This document shows positions 13,150 through 22,633 of a DNA stretch of 64,000 nucleotides, one piece after another. Below the pieces are notes generated by a model. The model was not told the DNA's origin. It made no database searches and saw only the letters and a list, made by a program, of their open reading frames with translations. The stretch lies in the NCBI GenBank assembly GCA_964252035.1, contig OZ176203.1; one strand, given 5' to 3'. Both the position numbers and the translations under genes were made by a program. Positions within the stretch are counted from its first letter, which is position 1; each line of letters begins with the position of its first letter. This stretch comes from Podarcis erhardii. Lineage: Eukaryota.

Positions 13150-13369
13150 GGAAGTTACTGAGGAAAACACGCAGATCAGCTGCTGTGAGTTGGCGGCGGC
13201 GGCGGCTGATAGGCGGCAGAAGGCGAGCTCCTGTGGGAGGGTGGGGAGGAGAGGCGCGCGCCCCTCTACCTTCCGCTCCCCCCCCCAAGCGTCGTCGCGT
13301 GAGGGACGCAGGACGTCGGGGCCGGGAGCCGCAGTGCTGCGCGGGGCGGAAGCGGCCGCGGAACGTTCC
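13150..13369 (+). other. UNC50: Probable non-coding first exon of UNC50 (TSS approximate)
   Basis: GC-rich stretch downstream of NRF1/ETS motifs ending at CC|gtgagt (13370); a second possible donor gtgagt at 13185. The TSS cannot be fixed from sequence. Confidence 0.55.
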
Positions 13370-13916
13370 GTGAGTTCTCTCGCTCGGGGTTCTGGAAGGC
13401 TCAGGTTCCGCGTCCTCCTTCTGGCCCCTCCCTCAGCAGCACCTGCTCCCCGCATTCACACGCACCCCCTACACCCGTGTCGAGCCAGGGTTAACGAGGG
13501 GGCACTTGAGGTCGTGTGAAATTATCCATACCCACTCAGCCACTGACACACCAGGTGGGGTGGGGTGGGGCAGGCTGCTTGAAACTCGTTGGGTTTTTGC
13601 TAAAAGTGACCAGCTGCCTTTTCCCTGACTTTATCCACTCTAAACAAACCGCACCCAGTCAGCTGGCGGGCTGGCATATTCTCAAAATACGGGCTGTTAT
13701 GTCTTTTCTTGGCTATTTCTGTTCTGTACCCAGCTAGATGGGCGGGGTATAAATAATAAATAATCCTCCTTCTTTTTCACCACCTTTGCAAACGTTCGTT
13801 CTCTGCCTTTTATTACCTGTCCAGTCTCATTAACTGGCTCGCTTTCCTTCCACATCCATGTCCACTGTGCTTTCTCCATTTCCAGCCCTAACTGGCCATT
13901 TGGGAATCTTGTATTG

Positions 13917-14188
13917 CAGGGATGTCCAACCAGTAGATCGCGATCTACCAGTAGATTCCCCGGCTGTTCCTGGTAGATTGTGGGATCCTTATCATGCACA
14001 AAAGGTTATTGGGGGGGGGAGCTAAAAAAACTCTTTGCAATCATCCCCTTAAAAAGCTCAACAACTCTGGGCAATCCACCCACCCTATGCATGCACACTC
14101 CTCCTCCCTCCAATGACAATGGGTAGATCACTGCCAGTTTTTTTATACTGGGAGTAGATCACAGTCTCTTGGGAGTTGGACATGCCTG
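13917..14188. mobile_element. hAT MITE
   Basis: TIR CAGGGATGTCCAAC / GTTGGACATGCCTG; TSD ttgtattg / atgtattg. Confidence 0.88.
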
Positions 14189-14740
14189 ATGTATTGTAAG
14201 TCATGGGAGGGGATAGTAGCTAGCTTGTTGCTTGTTTGCTTTTTTTCTTGTCAGCATGATGCTGGAACTTTCATCCTTGTTCATTTAAATTCTTACTCAT
14301 CAGAGTTGCTTGGCATTTGAGAAATGCATACGGCGGAGACTGATTTTTAACCCTTTGTTAACAAACTTGTAAAGCTTGTGGTGAAGCCTTTAGAGGTGCT
14401 TCATGAAGTCATGGTGCAGGATCTGGTCCTTGCTTAGGCCTCATTTTCAGTGAGATGGAAAATGTGTTTGGTACCAGAAAAATACATCTCTAATCCTAGG
14501 CAAAGGTCAAGTGGGAGTATGCAAGACTAAGGCTTGTGGCTGCAACATTGAGCTGTGGGGTTCTTGCTGCATCTGTACTAGGCCTAGATGGTGGGAAGAA
14601 GGACTCCACCCCAGTTTTTTTGTGTTGAAGGAATTTATTCAAAGCGATAAACAACTACCTGACATTCAGAAGACATCTGAAGGCAGCCTTGTTCAGGGAA
14701 GTTTTTAATATGTGACATTTTAGTGTACTTTTCATCTTTG

Positions 14741-14800
14741 TTGGAAGCCGCCCAGAGTGGCTGGGGAAACCCAGCCAGATGGGCAGGGTACAAATAATAA

Positions 14801-14833
<33 letters not shown>
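14741..14833 (+). mobile_element. L2 3' terminal fragment with (ATT)n tail
   Basis: ggaagccgcccagagtggctggggaaacccagccagatggg...(att)n is the reverse complement of the 52-kb element end. Shorter copies at about 12187-12250 and 13734-13763. Confidence 0.8.
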
Positions 14834-15766
14834 TGTATGGAAGAGCATTTAATGGAGGGGAAAGCCCAAAAGGAGAATAGTCAGTACTTCCACAAAGGAG
14901 GGAGGTTATCTTTAAAGGATGCTGTGTATTGTATCATATTTTTCAAAATGTGATAAGCCAGCCCTGATGCATTTGGAGGCTCTCTGGCTCACTCTGCTGG
15001 ATGAAGTCCTGAACATCTGCCCTGAAGTCCTGCCCTGACAGCCCCGCTGCTTGCATGTATGTAACAGCCACAGAGTCAGGGTTGCAGCAAGCTGTTAACA
15101 GTGGCAACAGGACAAAGTGGATTTAAGAAAACAATCTGTGATCTTAAATATCTCTACTTGGATGTCCAGTTGGTGCCAATGGTTGTTCTGTGATTGCAGC
15201 ATTACTTGAAAGCAAGCTCTTTAGTAGTTGTACAGATTATTGAAGGGCAGTTGCTCATCCCAGCTCTGTTCGCCTGTTCCATTTCCTTCTGCTTGCTTCT
15301 GCCAACTTTCTTTATCCACTGCTATACCACTAGCTACATTGATGCCTCCTCTATTTTGAACAGACTTTTAGCCTATTGTGGGTAGAAAAGAGTAGGATTG
15401 AGCTTTATATGCAGTTGCCGAGCGTTGAATTATGTGCTTGCAAAGCTCTCTGGGACTAAGGAAGGAAGGAATATGGTTATGATTGCATCCATGTCCTTGC
15501 TCTTCTAAAAGAGCAAAGGAGATTGCAGGTGCCCAAGTTTGTGCAGTTACTGAGAGATCTTGAACTTGATATGAGCTGTGTCTACTGTTAAGACATTGCA
15601 TCACAGTTACATTGCATTGTTTTCAGGTAGGGTAAAGAACAAAGTGGGGTCATGTGACAAGGGCATGTCATTCTAAGCCTGCTCAGAGGGCAGTAAGATC
15701 CACTAGATTCCAAGGGAGCATGTCTGCAGTTGAGCTTCAAAAGACTTCCATTGGAAGTCATTCCCA

Positions 15767-15802
<36 letters not shown>
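15767..15802. repeat. (ATT)n microsatellite
   Basis: Direct reading. Confidence 0.95.
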
Positions 15803-15989
15803 GCTCAGCTGTTATTACAAAGACTCACCTTGCCTGTGACATGCTTTATGGCAAAATTCTCTGTTTATTTGGCAGCAATCCCCAATTTGTTCCATGATGT
15901 TCACTCTGTGATATGTGTGTTTAAGGATTGTAACCTAAATGTGATAACTTGCACCTTTATTTTGTTTGTTTTTTAAATCCATTGGTCTC

Positions 15990-16748
15990 TGTCAGGGCTC
16001 CCTCTAGGTCCCAGCTCACAGAGGACCAACGCCAGGCTGATATTATGTACAAAAGTCTTTATTGAAGTATAATTTCCATTTTAAAGCCAGAGCGTGCAAC
16101 CCTACGTCTAGACTCTAGACAGGCGAAGTCCCCTCTGAGTCACTGCCCCTTCCGCACCAGTTTAAGATCCTAGCCCGGCTCCACCTCCTGCGCTGTTCCT
16201 TCCTCCTCTGGGTCCTTCTGCCCCCTGGGGTTTCCTCCCTCCTGGACTCTTCTGACACTGACCCCCCTGATTCTTGCCCTTCCTTCCGGCGGGCTTTGGG
16301 ACCTGGCTCCCTATCCGGGCTACCTGCTGTGCCGCTCGCCTGTACATTTGAACTTGGCGCGCCCGCCCAGCCGGTGACTTTCCTCTTGACCGTTTCCCCG
16401 CTCTCCGATGGAGGCGTGGCCAATCCTGACTCATCTCCTCCCTCTGGTGGTGGGAAGACTGGTCCTGATGCCTGGGACTCCTCCCCCCCACTACGCTCTG
16501 GTGGGGACGCTGGTCCTGATTTCCAACTGCTGCTCAGGGAGTCCCCGCTGGCCCCTTCCTTCTGGGGTTTCCCCCTTGGCACCCCCCTTGCCCTGGCCAT
16601 CGGCGCTCCTCTCTGTGAATCTTCCGATTCGCTGGAGAGACTCGTGGACTCTCTCTGACCACTGTCACTGCCTACACCCCCCTCGTATTCCTCCTCCTCA
16701 CTCTCCATTTGCTCCTTCTCCTGTGTCTCTGCTCCTGAACCCCTGACA
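15990..16748 (-). mobile_element. Solo LTR (759 bp) of an LTR retrotransposon or ERV, antisense to UNC50
   Basis: TGTCAGGG...CCCTGACA termini (8-bp inverted repeat, TG..CA). Perfect 5-bp TSD GTCTC at 15985-15989 and 16749-16753. Minus-strand TATA-like CTTAAA at about 16160 and AATAAA at 16058-16063. Superfamily not assignable. Confidence 0.9.
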
Positions 16749-16774
16749 GTCTCTTTTCTTTCCCTTTCAGCAAG

Positions 16775-17054
16775 ATGTTGCCTACCACGTCTCTTAATTC
16801 CCTAGATCATGACAACGGCTCTTTAAACTCTAGGGAGGCAGCCAGGCACACAGCAGGGTTCAAGCGCTACAAATACTTGAGGAGACTCCTTCACTTTCGG
16901 CATATGGACTTTGAGTTTGCTCTGTGGCAGATGCTGTATCTGTTCACTTCACCACAGAAAGTGTACAGGAACTTCCATTACAGGAAACAAACGAAAGACC
17001 AGTGGGCAAGAGATGACCCAGCTTTCCTTGTGTTGCTGAGTATCTGGCTATGCG
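16775..17054 (+). CDS. UNC50: UNC50 first coding exon (exon 2; acceptor at 16770/16771)
   Basis: tccctttcag|caagATG; MLPTTSLNS...WARDDPAFLVLLSIWLC; donor G|gtgagt at 17055. Confidence 0.97.
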
Positions 17055-20000
17055 GTGAGTACCTGAGAAATTTATTGAATACCATACAGGGAATAGTTGA
17101 CCAGAGCTGGGCTTGTTCCAGAAAAATACATCATTTGTACTGCTGTAGCTTTTTCTGTGTAAAACCCATGCTTCTATAATTTCATTCAGTGGAGAACATA
17201 TGTTCCTACACATTCCCTCTTGCGCCTCATCCATGAAAACAAGCAGTGAATAAACTATGATTGCAATACCTGCCGCATCCACACTGATAAAGATTCCCTC
17301 ACATTTTGGCTTCAGTTACTTCATACTGCAGTCCACAGCAAATCTGTTCTGTGCATTGCATGGTTTTAAAATTCTCAGTTCTGTGATCCCTGGCATGTGA
17401 CGAAGAATGACAAACCCTAAGTCAGGCATGGGCAGACTCTGCCCTCCAGATGTTTTGGGACTACAACTCGCACCATCCCTGACCACTGGTCCTGTTAGCT
17501 AGGGATGATGGGAGTTGTGGTCCCAAAACATCTGGAGGGCCAAGTTTGCCTATGCCTGCCCTAAGTGATAAAAATCCAATTACCCTGGCAAAATTATGAG
17601 GCAGGCAGAAATTCTGCCGTCTGAGAACTTACATTGTGGATTTGTTTATTTCTGCACTGTGCAACAATGCGTGATTAGCTTTTTTTATGAACAGAAAGGT
17701 TTAACTTTATTTGTGTTGATGTCCCACATCCTACACAAACATGTGCCAGAGATCACACAGTTGCCCATTTCTTGCTTTGTGTACATGTAGTGAACTCAGC
17801 CCACACATTTTACTCTTGCAAATTCTAGTTGTATTCATATACTCAACAATTTTACGCTGTAAGCCTTATAACAGCACAGCACTAAACATGCTACAAGTAT
17901 TGTTCCAGTAAAATTAAGTGAAAGAAAAATTGAGAGCATATGAGTATTGTTTCAACCTACTTTCGTGTCGAGAGTTAATCCTCTGCTGTTCATCTTCCTC
18001 CTTCAGTATCCACTATAGGATTTGGCTTTGTGTTGGGCTTGGGCTTTGTTGAAATGATAAAGCTGCTGCTCTGGGTCATCTTTATAGACTGCATAGGAGT
18101 TGGCCTTCTAATTGCAACTTTCATGTGGTAAGTCTTTAAAACAACCTGAGTAGAATTGGATGTGTGTTTTTTTGACATGTTTGAATCTTGCTGTATAGAA
18201 TATGATTGCTGGAACCTTCAACTACAGTCCTAAGCTTGTCTACTTGTAAGGAAGAAGGGTTTAAGTAGACATGTTTCACATCTCTGGGCTAGATGTGTAG
18301 TGCTGTTCCAGCAGAAGGTTTTGGTTCAAAATCTGGCAAAAAGGGAATGCTTAAGGTATAAGTATATATGCTGGGCGGTTATGTACTTTAGTATCAGGGT
18401 ATGTTTCTGAAGGTAGCCATGGAGATGGAAAACTACTCACTGCAGCTGTTAAATTGGCTGCCATGTTAATCAATATTTTCATATTTAAAATATTTGTGCA
18501 TTGCAGCGAGAGAGAAAATGTGCAAGGGACTAGGACTACAGAATTACTAGGACAGTACATTCAGAGTTAATATATACCAAACCATATTGCATCAGTTATA
18601 GGATAGAGGAAGAATCTTTCCCCTCTTGCCCTGGTTCCGCAGTCTTCTTACTGATATGTACATTTGTTTAGCTGGCTTTCAGGTAATCAGAAACATTTCC
18701 TATGTTGTAGTGTTTTCAGTAATCCTTACCAGAGCCCTGTAAGTCCATAAATGCATTTGTTCCAGTTACGGATAGGTAGCCGTGTTGGTCTGCCATAGTC
18801 AAAACAAAATAAAAAAATTCCTTCCAGTAGCACCTTAAAGACCAAGGTATCTGAAGAAGTGTGCATGCACACGAAAGCTCATACCAAGAACTAACTTAGT
18901 TGGTCTTTAAGGTGCTACTGGAAGAAATGCATTTGTGTTCTTCAGAATAGGACAAATGGAAAATAGCAAGGATTAATTTTTCTAGGCTGTAATTTTGCCA
19001 AAAAGTTGAAACTGTCGAAGTTTCATACTATTTTTTAACATGTCTGTTCCAAATTCTCTCCCTGCCCCCCCCCCGGCTCCCCAAGGTTCATCTCCAATAA
19101 GTACTTGACAAAGCACCCGAACAGAGACTGTGACGTAGAGTGGGGATATGCCTTTGATGTTCATTTGAATGCTTTTTATCCACTTCTCGTCATCTTACAT
19201 TTCATACAGCTGTTCTTCATCCATTGTAAGTAAACCTTCCCTTTCCTGACTTGAAACATTTTTTGCCTTCTCTTGCTTTGTCCTGACACTGTAATTCACC
19301 TGGAGGATCCTAGGGGGCACCACGCCCTATAGTGATGGTGGCTCCTGCAGGATTAGAGAGGCAAAATCCTGCAGTTTTCTTCTGGAAGAGGAGGAGAAAC
19401 TCCCTACCTTCCAGACCAAGAGGTCTACTGGCTAGGCTCTGTTTCTGGCTAGTCACTGCCTCTTGTTTCTTTTTAAGGGAGGTTTTGCCCCCCCCCCTTT
19501 CTGTTTTCTCCCTCCCTTTCCTTCCCCTATTTCCTGGGCTAGTTGGGGGTGGTATTCTTTTCTGACAGTAAGAGTCTGCAAACCTGGCAATGCTTCATGC
19601 CACAGTTTAGTACCACAACCAGGCTTTTTTTCCCCCCTGAGGAGTCTTCCAGATTGGGTTCCCTCACAACCATGCTCAGTGCTGGTCTGGGAGGAGTGGG
19701 GAGACATGATGTTTCTGGCTGAGGCAGTTGCTCTTTGACCTGACCCTTTTGGTGTGTTCACAGTTGCCTCCTCTGAGGGCAGGCAGACAAGTGCTTAGGC
19801 CCTGCTTATGTGAGTTTGGAGGTGGCTTCAGGCAAGGTTAGCCTGTCAAAGGACTTGGCCAGCAGCTCGCTTTGGATCAGCCAGTGGCTGAAGAGCTCCG
19901 TGGACCTTCTCTAAAGTGTCCCATATGGCTTTTCCACAGTGAGCTCCAGCCTGTTTCTGTATTCTGCTGGAGGCAACACGCCAATGGTACACAGCACCCT

Positions 20001-21232
20001 TTTTGGGACCTTCAGTGAGCAGAAGTTCACTGGGTTAAGAAACATTGGTTTTCTCTCTTGCAGATGTAATTTTATTGAATTCATTTATTGGCTATTTCGT
20101 TGGGAATACTTTCTGGCTGACTGCAATTGGTTATTACATCTACGTGACATTTCTAGGGTACAGTGGTAAGTATCGAAGCCTTTGCAACCTAGTTAGCAAC
20201 AAGAATAGTGCCTTCTTCCCAGTCCTTTTTGCTAAATCTCTGTTTCAGTATGAGTAAACTTTATAAGCATCAGGGGAGGGCTCACTCTGACAGCAACTCT
20301 ACAAGCTCTGCAGAGTGCTGTGTAATATGTAGTGGCTTTAACCCGACCTGCCACGTGACTCTACATCCCTTTGTGAAAGTACTGCGCTTGCAAATGTGGA
20401 GCTAACAGAAGCTATACTGGCTTGCAGCTATGCATGCTTTTGTCCCTGTGGGTGAGAATGTGTAAAGTCAGCTTTCTGGTTTTTTGGGGGGGTGGGGGAG
20501 GGTTTCCCCCTTGGGGATTTCCTTAGTATTTTTTGCATTCTTCAAACCTGCATTTCTCTACCTTGTTGTTTGGGATAGAGTTGGCAGTATCAATTGGGCA
20601 ACAGGCAGTGAAATTCTGGACTTTCACTCAATTTTAAATATGGTTTTGTGATGCAGCATGGTTGGAGGGTAGTTGCTGTTGCTCAAGAAACAAGGTCGAA
20701 GCTCCACAGGGCCAGTTGTGCAATCCTTTGGGTTATATATTTATGAACATGCCAGATTCCAAAGAGATGAAGTTTAAGAACGGAGGGAAGACATGTGGCC
20801 GTGTCTTATATCTTGCAGCACTACAGCGCTTTTCATACTATGCCTATGCTGCCTGGGGGTGCTGGGAGTTAATAATCCAATGACTTCAGGGAAGGCCACA
20901 TCTTAGCCACCCGTTTCAAGGTTTTCTTTTCTGTAAAGGATGGGAGGGCATGCATTTACTGGAAACAACAATTATTTTAGGCATGTATTTTTTGTTGAGG
21001 ACTGTTAATATTAAGCTGATTGTGATGTTCCTTGCCATTGGCACCTTCAGAAAATTGCATGCTTTCCCACTTTTGAAACTCTCTCCTACTTTCAGCTTTG
21101 CCATTCCTGAAGAACACAGTCATCCTTCTCTACCCGTTTGCACTTCTCATCCTGCTCTATGTGGTTTCATTAGCGATGGGATGGAATTTCACAAAAATGC
21201 TTTGTGTTTTCTATACGTACAGAGTGAAATAA
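16775..21232 (+). CDS. UNC50: Protein unc-50 homolog, complete spliced CDS join(16775-17054,18007-18127,19086-19225,20064-20165,21096-21232), 780 nt, 259 aa
   Basis: Exons of 280+121+140+102+137 nt splice in frame at GT-AG sites. Family motifs KYLRRL, MDFEFALWQM, WARDDPAF, DVEWGYAFDVHLNAF, LPFLKNT are present and the protein ends YRVK*. Confidence 0.97.
17423..17558. mobile_element. Palindromic hAT MITE (136 bp)
   Basis: CAGGCAT...ATGCCTG; perfect TSD CCCTAAGT; whole element is an imperfect hairpin. Confidence 0.92.
18007..18127 (+). CDS. UNC50: UNC50 exon 3 (121 nt)
   Basis: cttcctccttcag|TA TCC ACT...ATG TG|gtaagt; (V)STIGFGFVLGLGFVEMIKLLLWVIFIDCIGVGLLIATFM(W). Confidence 0.96.
19086..19225 (+). 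CDS. UNC50: UNC50 exon 4 (140 nt)
   Basis: ctccccaag|G TTC ATC...CAT T|gtaagt; FISNKYLTKHPNRDCDVEWGYAFDVHLNAFYPLLVILHFIQLFFIH. Confidence 0.96.
20064..20165 (+). CDS. UNC50: UNC50 exon 5 (102 nt)
   Basis: ttctctcttgcag|AT GTA...AGT G|gtaagt; (Y)VILLNSFIGYFVGNTFWLTAIGYYIYVTFLGYS. Confidence 0.96.
21096..21232 (+). CDS. UNC50: UNC50 exon 6 coding part (137 nt incl. TAA)
   Basis: ctctcctactttcag|CT TTG CCA...GTG AAA TAA; (A)LPFLKNTVILLYPFALLILLYVVSLAMGWNFTKMLCVFYTYRVK*. Confidence 0.96.
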
Positions 21233-21449
21233 ACTGCAGCCTTTATAATGGATTGCTTGTTCTTGCCTCTTGTACCACTGTCAGCAAAGGTGAGGTGCTC
21301 CTGTAAATTACTGTAAATAACTTATTCTTCACTGTAGATCAGTGTGTACAAAGTTTTGGTTTTTAAAAAATGTATTTACAACTGCAGACTTAGAGTGATT
21401 CTGTATTCTCTTGCAGTCCCTTCCTAATGAAAATGTTGTACATTACTGT

Positions 21450-21455
21450 AATAAA
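21450..21455 (+). terminator. Candidate UNC50 polyadenylation signal AATAAA
   Basis: First AATAAA clear of the stop codon, about 220 nt downstream. Alternatives at 22319 and 22353; another overlaps the stop at 21228. Confidence 0.4.
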
Positions 21456-21782
21456 TATTTTTTAAGAACAACTGTGTGCAACATTGAAAAGGCATTGACT
21501 TTGCTATTTGTAAACAGCTTTGTTAACAAATATGAGTATTACGAAGCACAGTTTCCTACAGTACTTCTGCTAGCTCAACAATTTCCTGCTTGCACAATTG
21601 AACTCCCCTCTCTCCTGAAAACATATATAAGCAGTCATGGAAAGTGAGGGAAGTAGTTCCTTGTGCTAGTGGAAGTACTTTCTTTGGCTACTGTTCTATC
21701 CCTTTACCTGGGAGTAAACCCAGTTGGATTCAGTAGGCTTACTTCTGTGTAGACGGCAAAGTAGTAAAGAGTTTTCAAAGTA

Positions 21783-21974
21783 CAGTTGTACCTTGGAAGT
21801 TGAACAGAATCTTGGTTTGTGAACGTTTTTCGGAAGCCGAACGTCCGACATGGCTTCCAGTTGAGTGGAGGAAGCTCCTGCAGCCAATCAGAAGCCGTGG
21901 CTTGGTTTTCGAAGGGTTTTGAGAGTCGAACGGACTCCTGGAATGGATTAAATTCGGGAACCAGGATACCACTG
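21783..21974. mobile_element. Tc1/mariner-pogo MITE
   Basis: TA|CAGTTGTACC...GATACCACTG|TA; internal agccaatcagaagccg. Confidence 0.75.
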
Positions 21975-22356
21975 TACTGTGAATTGGCAATGCTTGCAGA
22001 GCTCCTTGCACAGCATTTCCCAATAGTTTGACAAACAGGGGTATGGTGTATGGGAAATTCTGCAGGAGTGGGGCACTGCAAGTTCTTTAGAAAAGAAAAA
22101 GAACACTCTTAAAAATGGTTTTTAAAAGAGCATTTTCATCCCAAAGGAAACAAGTTTGGTTGATACGAACTGCTCTTGTTTCTTGCAGTTTACAGCCCTG
22201 TTTTTCTCTCTCATGAAGGAGGGGTATACATCCATCTAAAGGCACGGAAGCAAGCTATTCAATGCCTCCTTGATTTGACAGATGCTGATACACTTCCATA
22301 GAAACTGTTTCAAGGCCAAATAAAAGTGGTCTCAGAACTGAAAGCAGTAAACAATA

Positions 22357-22633
22357 AAGTCGTACCTTAGATCCTGAACAAATTGGCTCCCCAGCAACTG
22401 AAATCCGGAAGTGAGTGTTCTGGTTTTTGAATGACTTTAAGGGAAGCCGAACATCTGGCGCGGCTTCCGATTGGCTGCAGGAGCTTCCTGCAGCCAATCA
22501 GAAGCCGTGCTTTGGTTTCCGAACATTTTGAAAGTTGAACAGATTTCCAGAACGAACACTTACTTCCGAGTTTGTGGCGTTAGGGAGCCGATTTGTTCAG
22601 GAGCCAAGTTGTTTGAGTACCAAGGTACCATTG
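22357..22633. mobile_element. Tc1/mariner-pogo MITE related to 21783-21974
   Basis: TA|AAGTCGTACC...GGTACCATTG|TA; shares gctcctgcagccaatcagaagccg. Confidence 0.7.

Larger units (their letters stand above)
12300..13500. promoter_or_regulatory. CpG island / bidirectional promoter of COA5 and UNC50
   Basis: Head-to-head genes. YY1 CCGCCATCTT 12523-12532; overlapping ETS/CRE gacgtcacttcc 12585-12596; GC box at about 13090; NRF1 palindrome GCGCATGCGC 13120-13129; ETS CCGGAAGT 13148-13155. Confidence 0.85.

Noticed and set aside
12909-13519. 118-154-aa ORFs over the UNC50 promoter
   Set aside because: CpG-island artefacts; the real UNC50 ATG is at 16775.
19280-19990. Possible LTR-like insert in UNC50 intron 4
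   Set aside because: Could not find matching TG..CA termini with a TSD.
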